Below the pieces are notes generated by a model that was not told the DNA's origin, did not search any database, and saw only the letters and a program-made list of their open reading frames with translations. Source: Podospora anserina (Eukaryota). Taken from it: a DNA stretch of 64,000 nucleotides. The stretch's first letter is position 1; each line of letters opens with the position of its first letter. Both the position numbers and the translations under genes were made by a program. This document shows, piece by piece, positions 53,024 through 64,000 of this stretch. The stretch covers positions 7,254,001 through 7,318,000 of the forward strand of contig CM030332.1 in the NCBI GenBank assembly GCA_017654855.1, written 5' to 3'.

Positions 53024-53028
53024 TTTTT
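53024..53028 (+). terminator. Pol III oligo-T terminator of the tRNA-Arg gene
   Basis: TTTTT starting 14 nt after the discriminator base. Confidence 0.65.
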
Positions 53029-53692
53029 GACTCTCTCCTTGTGTTTCTCATACAATTCATTTTTGCCTGCGCCCAAGTCTTGAGCCCGTTGAAGAATCGG
53101 GTGCTCACGTGAGCTCCTTGTCGAAGCTTACATAATGCACTACCTTCCAAGACTGCTGGTTGGCCAAAGACGAACCACCACACCACACCACACTAGCTTC
53201 ATCGGGAAGAGAGACCGAATGGACATTGACAACTGATACGATGCCTTTGTTGAGGCTCATGTTCACATCACATATTCCTTCGGCTCTTTCTTTACGGCCC
53301 ATGATGACACAGCGGATCTTACGAGCTTCCCCATTCGACGCTTCAACCACGCCTTTGCTGACCCGCGAGATGGACTACAAGTGGTGATCCACTCATCACG
53401 GGACGATTTCGGTCCATACGCCGGGCAGACTCGGCCCCCACGCCGAAGCGTATCACCACAGCTCCCATCATCGGAATCACATCTTGATCCGATTGATGAG
53501 TGACTCTGGATCACTGCGGGGCGCTTACACTCCTGGACGGACAGCCACCGCATATCGCAAACCTAAGAAGCAACATTTTGGACGGGCAGGTTCAGCCATA
53601 AAGGTCAGTCGTAGTCCTTGGTTACACGTTAGAATCATAGAATACAACATCTTACACCTTCCAAGATGGCAGCTTGTTCCATATCACGAGTC

Positions 53693-55339
53693 ATGAACCA
53701 TCTTCTGATCCAACTCGTAGCCTTTGCTTGGCTTTCTGAGTCTCCTGCATGGGCGCTCAGCAATGCGTTTGATGTCCGAGAAGCTAGTATCGACAGTGTG
53801 CACAATGCCTTGTTCACCCAAATCACTACCTGCAGAGAGATTGTCTCGGCGTTCATCGCGCGTGTCGAGGAGTTCAACCCAACTGTCAATGCCATCATCT
53901 CGCTGAACCCAGAGGCGTTGTCGATCGCGAACAAGCTGGACGAGCGGATTGCCGCCGGCAACGTCACGGGCTCGCTTTTTTGCATCCCAGTGGTGCTCAA
54001 GGATAACTACGATGCTGTCGGGACGAACACAACGGGGGCTTGCCTTGACCTTGCCAACAGCAAGCCGTTGGAGGATGCCCCGACCGTCACAGCTCTGAGA
54101 AACGCCGGTGCTGTCATTCTCGGCAAGGCAAACCTCCACGAAATGGCTCTTGAGGGCTTGACCGTCTCGTCTCTGGGCGGCCAGACCGTCAACCCGTACG
54201 ACAAGACTCGGACGCCAGGAGGAAGCAGTGGGGGGGCTGGAGCAGCGGTGGCCTCCAACTTCGCCATCTTTGGCACGGGGACTGACACGGTAAACTCGCT
54301 GAGAAGTCCTGCCAATGCGGGCTCGTTGTTTAGTTTTCGCCCTACGAGGGGCCTGATTTCTCGTGCCGGAGTGATCCCCGTCAGCTTCACACAGGACACT
54401 GTTGGCGCGATTGCTCGCAATCCGAAGGATCTGGCTGTTGCGCTGACTGTTATGGCAAGTGTGGGATTTGACCCCAATGATAACGTCACGGCCTTGGTCC
54501 CGCCAGAGGTGCGGGGCAGGGACTATTCAGCCTCGTTGTATGGTGGTAGTCTGACGGGTCGACGGTTCGGTTTTCTAGACGGCTTCTTGAACCATACCGC
54601 CTCTGCCGAGACGACTCCGGTCAACGATGTCATGGCTGACATGGTAGAAAAGCTGAAAGGAGCCGGTGCCACAGTTGTCAACATCACCGAATCCATCTAC
54701 AACACTGTCACCCTTGCAGCCCTCGACGTCCAAATCTACGAGTTCAGGGAGGTCCTCGACGCCTACCTCGCCCGGCCACGACTCGGCGGCTCCCCTCGCC
54801 CAGGCAGCTTCGCCGAGCTGTACAACAGCGGCAGATTCCTCGTCATCCCGGGCCAGTCAGGCATGATTCGATCCTCCCTTGTCTCCTCCACCGCTAACAC
54901 AGCCTATCTCGACTCCCTCCGCAAAATCCAGGACCTCACCCAAGCATTGGACGCAACCTTTGTCAGGAACAACCTCGACGCGTTGATCTATCCCCAGCAA
55001 AAAAACCTCGTCGTCAAGATTGGCTCCCCGTCTCAGAGCGGGAGGAATGGGATTCTGGCCGCGTTGACTGGGCGGCCGGTGGTTCACGTACCGGCGGGCT
55101 TCTCGCCTCCGTCGGAGGACGCGCCGATTGGTGTGCCGATAGGGATGGAGATACTGGGGAGGCCGTTTGCGGAGGGGTTGCTGTTGAATATCGCGAATCA
55201 TATTGCTGAGAAGTTTCCTGTGAGGAGGATGCCGCCGTTTACTAATGGGACGGTGGAGGCGAGGGCGTATGAGAGTGTGCCGGTTATCAGGCCGGATACG
55301 GGGAATATTCCGGGGGTGTATCCTATTGGGGTGTTCTGA
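53693..55339 (+). CDS. Secreted amidase-signature family enzyme
   Basis: Signal peptide, PVVLKDNYD, GGSSGGAG and GTDTVNSLRSPA (Ser-cisSer-Lys triad). Confidence 0.93.
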   Translation: MNHLLIQLVAFAWLSESPAWALSNAFDVREASIDSVHNALFTQITTCREIVSAFIARVEEFNPTVNAIISLNPEALSIANKLDERIAAGNVTGSLFCIPVVLKDNYDAVGTNTTGACLDLANSKPLEDAPTVTALRNAGAVILGKANLHEMALEGLTVSSLGGQTVNPYDKTRTPGGSSGGAGAAVASNFAIFGTGTDTVNSLRSPANAGSLFSFRPTRGLISRAGVIPVSFTQDTVGAIARNPKDLAVALTVMASVGFDPNDNVTALVPPEVRGRDYSASLYGGSLTGRRFGFLDGFLNHTASAETTPVNDVMADMVEKLKGAGATVVNITESIYNTVTLAALDVQIYEFREVLDAYLARPRLGGSPRPGSFAELYNSGRFLVIPGQSGMIRSSLVSSTANTAYLDSLRKIQDLTQALDATFVRNNLDALIYPQQKNLVVKIGSPSQSGRNGILAALTGRPVVHVPAGFSPPSEDAPIGVPIGMEILGRPFAEGLLLNIANHIAEKFPVRRMPPFTNGTVEARAYESVPVIRPDTGNIPGVYPIGVF

Positions 55340-55544
55340 AGGGGCCTTGGAGCTTACTGCTTTTGGTATGAGCGGTGTAAGGTTAGTTTGTATGGAGAGT
55401 GTTGTGAGTTATCAATCAAAAATGTTGTTTACTTTGGAAAGTGATGCAGCGACCTGCTGCTGGACTGGTCAAGGTATAGGGCTGGGTGGTTGCCTGTGTG
55501 GGCGCCTCTGTGGGTGTGGAGTTGCTCCCGGGGATATAACTTAA

Positions 55545-55730
55545 CGGTCGAGTTCGAGAACAACTCTCACGAGGGACGCCTCCAGGGTTGGGTGGCGTAG
55601 TGGTATGAGAGGACGCTCTGCATACTGCTACGACCAACGCACCCGGAGAGATTCCGCAGACTGACACCAGATCTGAGCGCACCCTACGGGTTCGACTCAA
55701 GACCGGGTCATGCTGCGGAACTCTTTTTTT
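55545..55730 (+). ncRNA. Candidate Pol III-transcribed structured ncRNA of unknown family
   Basis: A box TGGCGTAGTGG at 55593-55603, B box GGTTCGACTC at 55689-55698, two hairpins, and a long T run from 55724. The 5' end is uncertain. Confidence 0.55.
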
Positions 55731-55820
55731 TTCTTTTCTTTTCTTTTTTTTTCTCTTTTTTTTTCTCTTTTTTTTCTCTTTTTTTTCCTCTTTTCCCCCC
55801 CCCTTTTTTTTTCTTTTTTT
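55724..55820 (+). repeat. T-rich polypyrimidine tract
   Basis: About 97 nt made only of T and C. Confidence 0.9.
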
Positions 55821-56682
55821 ATATCTTGCGATTATCTTTCGACTTTTCTTTTTCCTGAATATCGATTCTTTCTTATGAATGCAGAGACCCACGAGCCGAA
55901 GTAATTTACTTTTAACCATCATGATGGATTATTAACTAACAACGAACGATCAATAGAAAAATATCTTTCAACCCTTTGCGAAGCTGCCGCGTCTCTCTCC
56001 CTCTCTCCTTCTCTCTCTCGACTCTCAACTCTGAACGTCAACTGCTTCCCATCACCCCCATCCCACCCGATGCCCTCCAGCCTCGCCGGGTGCATTCTCG
56101 ACGGATGCTGCTCAATACACTCCCCCGCCCTTCTTCTCCCAACTTGGCGGCCGTCTCTCGACATCCATCCCGACCACCTTTCTCTTCAGCCTTCCACCAC
56201 CCTCCCTCTCCCAACTCCTCATCCAGTATCTCGGCCGACTAAAGCTCACGTTAAAGTTTCACTACCGAACATCACCAGACACACAATGGTTCCTCACATA
56301 TCGGACGATGACACCAAGCCCTTCTTCTTCGGTTACTTCTGGCACGAAGTCAGGGGGCTACCTGGCCTACCAAGCACTACGGCCTTGGTCATGACTGTGT
56401 GAGGTCATTTTTGCTGTTGGTTATTACGATGTAGTGGATGGCGGAGACATGTCTTGCTCAGAAGATGCGATGAGTTGTGGTGATGCCTTCAGTCCCATGT
56501 TTTCACCCTAAAGCCTTGGCATTCAGGGGCTACTGGCCTCACGGATACAATACCTCGATGAACAGCTTCACATGTCATATGACACCGAAACCCGAAACTC
56601 AAAAACCTCATTGCGCTCGCGCTTAAATAGCCATACAAAACCCAGTCATCCAAGCAAATTCAGTCGCTTCCTCACTTCACCC

Positions 56683-59600
56683 CTAAAGAAACCTCGCCAA
56701 CTTCCCCAGCGCTGTCTCCTGCTTCGGTACCACAACCACCTCCTCATACTCAACCTCCTCCTCCTCCCCCTCCGACTGCTCTCCAATCTCCTCCTCTTCT
56801 TCCTCCTTCTTCACCGCAAAGAAATCCCCCAGCGTTGGCGGAAGCATCTTTTGCTTCCCTTTACCCTCCCCAACCCCAACCCCCAAACTCCTCACAGTAA
56901 CCGGGCTCGAACTCAGCAGATCATCCCCCGGCTTCACCGTCCCTGTATCATCATCATTCAGCAAATCCCTGGTTACCGTCCCCCTATCATCCTCACTCAA
57001 CAAATCCTTCTGCTCCTCCACCGGCACAAGCAGCTCCTCCCGCGGCGTAATAACGACAGACTCTAACCCCGCAATCAACTCAGCCTCCGACGCCGAAGTA
57101 GGCTCCCCTTCCGTCTCGAACTGAGCAACGCTCTCCTGCTGCTGCTCATCACCATCATCGTCGTGCTGAAAGAAATGCACAATCTCCCCCCGGTGCACAA
57201 TTCTCCCATCCGCCATCTTGAGAAAGTCGATATCCCGGAGATCAGACTGATGTTCATCATCCTCCACCACCAAACCCTCCCTATTGACAACCTCCTGCGT
57301 CCTCGGCATCTTGAGTTTATTCCCCATCCCCAAATCAATCAAACCATTCTCCCTCCCATTGACAATCCGTCCCAGCTCATCGGGGAAAAGCCAAGGAAAC
57401 GTCACCAACGGCATCGACCTCGCCGTGATCCTCCTCGCATTGATCGTCCCATCTGCGAGCACCTGCGGCTGACGAGCTTGATACAGCGCAATCCGCATCT
57501 CCTCGCAGGTGACCTGGTACATGGCCGCCACAAACGGCCCCAGCTTCTCAAAGTGCCGATCTCCCGCCGCCTTGATGCACTCGGCCCGGAACTGCTCCCT
57601 GAGCGCGGCTGCCTCCCTGCCGACTTTCTCCTGAACCTTGTAGTCGGACCCGACTCGGGGCTTGAACATGACGAACCCGGTCCAGACTTCAAACTCGGTG
57701 CGGATCTCGAGCATGCCGAGGATTCTACGCATGGCAATGTCGTATTGCGTCTTGATCTTGCGTGCTGTTTTCAACACCTCCTGATCGAGCATATACCGAG
57801 ACAAAATCCGTCTGTCAAACGGCGACTGGTAGTTCTTCGTCGAGTCAAAGTCTTGCGTGTGAACCATGTCATAGAGCTGTCCCAAAGCAGTCTTGGAGTG
57901 GTAACTGCCCTTCTGTCTCTCCATGAAGTGAGGCCACGATCTTGGATTTAGCTTCTTGCTCCATTCTGCCGGGACGCCCGTCTTGACATAGTCAACAGCG
58001 ACCGAGTGCTACTATCAGTTAGCAGCTACCCAACATTCAACAGCCACAACCCACAACCCAAACATACCATCTCGGCAAGCTTCAAACACTTCTCACTCTT
58101 CGCCCCCTGCGGCTCCGCATCCGCCGTCGCAAGATGAGCGTGCGCAATAAAAGGCAACCTGTCGTTCTTCATGAACAACACAAAAAACGAGGCCAAACTC
58201 TCCATGATCGACTTCTTCGAGTCACTCGTCACAGGTGGCTGAGGCGTGTGGTCCATAGGAGGATGCGACCACTCCGTTGGCAACAGCTTCTCGTCCCAAA
58301 TGACAAAAAAGTCATCCCCGTCCAGATCACCCCCTGAGCACATGCTCGGCACATCTCTGTCGCCCTCGAGGGGAAAAACCACCACATCACGAAGATGTCT
58401 CAACGCCGGAACGTCCACCGCTTCCACCACGCGAATATCCCCGGGGTGCAGAGAAGGGTTGCGACCAATAATACACAACCCAGCAATAGCCTTGTATCCG
58501 CTCGGATCATCTCGATCAGGAATCTGCAAAAAGATCTGAGGAAGTTGATCCCGCCGTATCCTCTGCCTCCCCTCCGTAGCCTTCGAATGCCCCCTCAGCG
58601 TCCCCGTCTCGTCCACACACCCCAGCACAAAAGCCCCCTTCTCCACCGCCAGCCTCGCCTTCTCCTTGAGCGTCTTCAAAGACCAAGCCCGCCACAGCTG
58701 CAAAACAGTCTTGACAAACGGCTCGTTCGAGTCCATAAACCCGCTCTTGATCATGCGCGCGATGCTAACCGTGGTCATGTTCTCGTCCACAAACGACGTG
58801 AGCATGTCCACCGCGCTCTTCCCGTCCGTCATGGCCCTGTCAAATCTGGATAGCTGCTCGCGCATCAGATCAACGAACACGTGGTCCGGGACACCCAACG
58901 ACGACAGGATCGTGATGGTCTGCCGGTTGAGCGTGGCGCATGAAAAGCTGGAACACCGGACGACCTCCAGACCATTGTACGCAGCCGAGAACTTCTCCTG
59001 AGACGGCCGGATGTGAACCTCCGTTCCCTTGGCGTGCTTCCAACCAACCAGGACTCCTTTGCAGCCGCCCATGCGGAATTGGTACGCTGACGGTGGTGGA
59101 TATACCTGCCAGTCTTCGGCCACCAGCCTGGAGAGCAGAGGAGAAATCCTCCCCACACCATCAGTAAAGCAGTGCTTGCCGTCCGCGGTGTTGATGTCTT
59201 CGATCTCGACGATGGGCGGGAATGTTCCACCCCTCAACACACGCGTGGTCGAGAAACACTGCCCTAGCCGGGCCGCATACTTTGCAACCACCTTGATATG
59301 TTCAAAGTTGCCCATCCACCTGCGAATGTCATCACAACTGGGCACCATGTCCCCCGCATGACTATCAGGCTGACAAAACATGAAAGCTCCATTTTCTCTG
59401 ACTTGGGAGTTCCCAAACGCCAGAAACTTCCAGTGCCACTTCCCCATGCGAATGCCCCAAAAGAGGACTCGATAAACGCGGGTATAGAGGTCATCATCCC
59501 TGTCAGCATCGCTCCCTCTCACCCTCCCCTCCAGCTGCTCATCCGTGAACTGAATGCGCATAAAGTAATTCTGAAAAGTCCAGTAATGCCGAATGACTCG

Positions 59601-61250
59601 GTTGGTCGTCTCGACGGTGGGAGTGCTGAATATGATCTTGGTCGGCGTAACCATAACCTTCCGCACCAGAGCGCAGTAATGAGGCAGCCGGAGTGTGGTC
59701 GGGTAGTAAGTCAACGCCCCTACATCGGTAAGCAGACTCACCGGATCCCAGATCTTCCTTCCCATATCCGCGGCATACTCCAGCACCAAACGTGCTCGCT
59801 GAGGGTCTTGACCCTTAGGATCTGCAAGCTCGAGCAGCTTCTCCAGAAACTCACGCCCAATGCTGTATTCGCACAGGATGCCCTGGGAGATGCAAACCTC
59901 CAGCTGATACCTGACGTCGAACGGGAGAAAGATGGTCGTGTCAGGCCCAAGAGCAGCCAAATCTGCCGCCCATGAGTTTGCCTGAACAGTTGAAGAAACC
60001 ACTTCGGACTCTCTGAGAATAGACCAAAGCTCAGGCTCTCGGTTTGGTGTCTGCGTAAAAGTGGCGTCAGTCGTCTTGATGTTCCAGTCTCGGAGGTCAT
60101 GTTCAATCTTGCTCCACGTGGCGAGGTTGGCATAGCTCAGCTCGATCCAATACGTCGTCCATCGGCCAAAGTCGATTGTATTGGAATACTCGTCAAGAGA
60201 CACCGGCTTTCGATCGCTGCTCTTGTCATTCCTGTCGGTGACATTGACAGCCCGGCACCACATCTCATTCTGCTCCCACGTCGTTCGATCTGCCCAAGCA
60301 GAACCATCCTCGTTCGTCCTTCTCTTCCAGAAGAGCGGGGAGTCCACCAGGGTCAGAACCAAGACGGTGCGCTCTGGGGCGGCATCCACCCGATAAATAT
60401 GCTTGATAACTCCAAACTTGATCTCAATCCGGAATGCTTCCCAGTCCTGCTCAATCTTCAGCGGAAAGCTGATAACGAGCTTCTTCCGCTTAAAGTCCAC
60501 CTTGAGACTGAGACTGGCAGCACGAGGGATCTCCTTCTTCCCCATGTAAACCGTAGGCTCGGTCAAAAGCCCGAAAACAAACTTGTCAAGACCCAGCTCC
60601 ATCTTTTCCGCGCACACGTTTCCCAGCGGTGACTTGATTGTATTCGATTCGTATCGGTACTGAGAGGCAAAATGGGCGTCTATAGTGTGAGGGATGCCTT
60701 TGACCAAGATCTTGCACCTCCCATTATCTATAAAGCTGGTGTCTCTCGGGGGAGGCTCGAATCGTACTTTGCCCGCCCTGGGTCTCCTCACGCTCTCGTC
60801 CAGCTCCACGTAGATAACGTTGCCGTAACCACTAAAGTACTGCTTCAAATCCCAAGGAGAAGTGCCCTCGGGGACATCGCTAAGTATGACGAGGACATTC
60901 TTTCGCTGACCCCATTCAAGGGGAATAATGGCTGGCTGCCGGGGGCCCATCACGGTTGATGCACGCTGCTTGTTTTGGTTGTACTGTGGACGAGACGGAC
61001 GGAGGGCACTACGAGATTGTCCACCGGACTGGTCGCTGCTACATCGACTCCAAGCACCGGCAGCCCCAGGTCGCTGTTGGCGAAACGGGCGCTGGATAGG
61101 CCCTCTGGTGTGGCGAATCATCGGGGGAACATCCTCCGAGGTAGAAGATCGTGAACTCCTGTCAAGCTCGACATCCGCACCCTTTCCGGACTGACTTGAG
61201 GAGGGGCCCACGGATGGTGGTCGCCCTTCAGCGATGAACGAGGGGAGCAT
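56683..61250 (-). CDS. sad-1: Eukaryotic RNA-dependent RNA polymerase, SAD-1/Rdp1-like (RNA silencing)
   Basis: FLAFGNSQ, KYAARLGQCFS, FTDGVG, QFRMGGCKG, RNPSLHPGD and catalytic SGGDLDGDDF. RRM-like N-terminal segment. Intron 58009-58067 joins to HSVAVDYVKTG. The RdRP call is firm; the sad-1 orthology is inference. Confidence 0.9.
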
Positions 61251-61525
61251 TGTAGGAGTTGGATAATAGGGCGTGCCGGGGGGGGGGGGTTGGAGAGAGG
61301 ATGAGGGCTTTAGTGATGATCGGGTGAAAAGATTGAAGTAAAAAATAAGGTGAGAGGGAAGACCATTTGAGGTAGTAATCACGCGCTTGCCAACTTTGAG
61401 ATTGGATCGTTGTTTCCAGGTCGATGGGAAGGAGCGTATCTGTAAACTACTAGGTAGGTCTTGCAAGGCAGTCACCACCCGTTTGCCTGCGCAGTTTGTG
61501 TCGCATAATCTGCAAGTAACCGCTC

Positions 61526-61533
61526 CCTCTCTC

Positions 61534-61592
<59 letters not shown>
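61526..61592. repeat. (CT)n microsatellite upstream of the RdRP gene
   Basis: About 33 CT units with two G interruptions. Confidence 0.95.
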
Positions 61593-62074
61593 TAGCCCTC
61601 CAGGCAGTATCAATCTGAATTCCATTGCGATAACATACCTAAATTCACAAAAGCCACCCGAATCCTTCCTGATATCCCTTCTCTCCAAATTCCCATCTTC
61701 GTCTTCTGACACCTAACAGTGTCCAAGAGCACTCTTCCAGCTCTTGATCCAACGACAGCAACACGGCTGTAAACAAGACCAAAATAAAAACACCCAGTTC
61801 CAATATAAAACAAAAAGCAAGAACAAACAAACTTTTGGGATCTGCCCACCCAATGCTGAAAGCCCCCATTGACGACTGTGCATCCAACACCTCACCAGCC
61901 CGCTTCCATTGCCCCCTATGCTCTTCCACCGAGCCACCAATGTATGCAATGCAGACCCTTCTCCTCTTCGCTATCACCTCCAATGCTCCGTGATCAATGG
62001 TCGCCCAATGCCGTATAAAAATGCTCAGAAACATGTTCGTACTCCGTATCTCGTATTCCGTCGATGCATTTTTT

Positions 62075-64000
62075 CTAGCTTTGCCTGTCAAAGATTTTGC
62101 CCGGATTCATAATCCAATTTGGGTCCAACGCCATCTTGATAGCCCTCTGTTGGCAAGTCAGCTTACACATCCATTGAAGCATTACAAAATTAAAAAAAAT
62201 TAAAAAAAAATAATAAAAAAATAAAAATAGAAAAAAATAGAAAAAAAACTCACCATCACCCCCAATGTATCCTCTCCCACCTCCCAAAGCAAGCTCTCCT
62301 TCTTGCCCCACCCGATCGAATGCTCTCCCGTACACGTTCCCTCCATCTCCAACGCCCTCTTCACCATATTCTTCACACACGCCTCCACCTTCTTCACCTC
62401 AGCCTTGTCCCGCCGATTATAAATAATGCTCTCGTGGAAATTCCCATCCCCAATGTGGCCCAATATACTCGCAAACAATCCCAACTCATCCATCTCCTTC
62501 TTGCTCACCTCAATGATATCCGCCAACCGGCTAAATGGCACCGCCACATCCGTGCTCCAGACCTCCTCCCCTTCCTTTCTGAGAGCCAACATACTCCACA
62601 GACTCTCCTTCCTCGCTGACCAAAGCAACTTCTGCTCTCTGGCATCCTTCGCAAACTCAAAATTGCTCCCCTTATTCGCCTTTGTGATCTTCTGTACCAG
62701 ACCAATATTCTCCCTCACTCCTGCCTTTGTCCCAGAAAACTTGAAAAACAGCGTCGGCATCTCCTTCCACACCCTCGGCGCGGTGGCACCACCCATATTG
62801 ACCACTTTCATCTGCACCTCGTCCATGATCTCCATTGCCGCGACAGGAATGCCCGTTTGCATGACCTCTGCCGCCGCGGAAGCAGCGTCACGAATGGAAG
62901 GGAAAGTCACGACCGCTACCGAAAACTCCTCCGGGATGACAGCGAGCTTAAGCGTGGCTTCTGTGACAAGACCCAATGTGCCCTCCGAGCCAACAAACAG
63001 ACCGTTGAGGTTGTACCCAGCAGAAGACTTGCGCGGACGACGCCGCGTTTTGATCACTGTTCCGTCTGCAAGAACAACAGTCAAGTTGATGACCCAGTCT
63101 TTCATCGTGCCGTACTTCACCGCATTGGTGCCTGAGCAGTTGGTGCCAATCATGCCGCCTATTTTGGCGCTTGGCCCTAGATGGCTGTCAATATCTTTCA
63201 CATTCAGAAGCAGTGTTGTTTTTGAAGGGGGGGGGGAAATAACTCACCAGGATCAATAGGAAAGAAGAGCCCGCTCTCCATCTTGGCCAGCTGCTCGTTC
63301 AAATCCTGCCAGCCAATGCTCGGCTGCACCACCACGTCCATGTCGTTCTTGTTGAACTGGACGATCCTGTCCATGTAGGCAAAGTCGACGCTGATGCCCC
63401 CGAAAGGTGCCGAGAAGTTGCCCTCGAGACTGGAACCGCCAGAATACGGAATGATTGGGACACGATACTTGTGACAAATGCGAGCGATAGTGGATACCTG
63501 CTCTGTAGAGCGCGGGTAGGCCACCGCGACTGGGAGCCCCTCAGGGTTGGAAGTCGACCATTCCGAGTACCCGTGAGCGTGGAGGTCGTCGGGGTCAGTG
63601 GATATGATGTCTTCCGCGCCGCCGATTTCTTGTCGGATTTCTCTTAGGGCCTTATCCTTGGTCAGACGCATGACGTGTGAGCTGGATGATTATCAAGAAC
63701 GTACCTGCTCCATCTCATGCATGCTCGCATACCTAGGATAGGCGTACAAGCTATCAAACAGCATGGTCTTGGGAAGACTCCCATGCCGGAACTCAGACAT
63801 GCCCCATCCAAACAACCCGGCAGTCGCCGCAACGGCCATGACACCCGAGTACGACCATACTGAAGCTTGCCTAGGCTGTTCACTGCTGCCGGAGGTGGAA
63901 GTGCGACGAATGGCACTTGTGCTGAAGCGTTGTTTGCCTGTGCTGTTCAAGCAAGTGAGAGAGCGGCCAAAGGGCTTGGCTGCCCTCGCAAGACGGGTTG
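62075..64000 (-). CDS. DLD1: Mitochondrial D-lactate dehydrogenase (cytochrome), FAD-linked oxidase; 5' end outside the window
   Basis: YSGGSSLEG, FFPIDPG, GTNCSGTNAVKYG, GSEGTLG, GHIGDGNFH, GTCTGEHSIG and LDPNWIMNPGKIF across several introns. Confidence 0.93.

Noticed and set aside
55586-55712. tRNA-Cys(GCA), or a second spliced tRNA using GTATGA...CTGAC...CAG at 55603-55670
   Set aside because: Neither the spliced nor the unspliced form gives paired acceptor and T stems, and the branch-to-AG distance is very short.
61251-61712. N-terminal extension of the RdRP ORF (RERERE...)
   Set aside because: It is a translation of the CT/AG microsatellite from a non-ATG start. The first ATG is at 61250.

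Overview
Gene-dense, intron-containing filamentous ascomycete DNA (Sordariales, most likely Podospora anserina species complex; inferred, not verified by search). About 24 protein-coding genes can be supported. They include PAPS reductase, phosphoserine phosphatase, EF-1alpha (TEF1), a boron/HCO3- transporter, an RTA1 protein, a sterol esterase/lipase, IPI1, a Ded1/Vasa-like DEAD-box helicase, an acetyl-CoA transporter, CENP-O, an MFS transporter, an amidase, a SAD-1/Rdp1-like RNA-dependent RNA polymerase and D-lactate dehydrogenase. Two small spliced genes are missed or only fragmentarily covered by the ORF track: RPS30 and a Roadblock/LC7 protein. No intact transposon was seen. The most unusual element is a complete tRNA-Arg(CCU) gene (52876-53010) whose T-arm is interrupted by a 63-nt insertion with spliceosomal-intron signals (GTACGT...ATTGAC...TAG) and its own B box. 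A second, unidentified Pol III-type structured RNA candidate (A box, B box, two hairpins, oligo-T end) lies at about 55545-55730, downstream of the RdRP gene.
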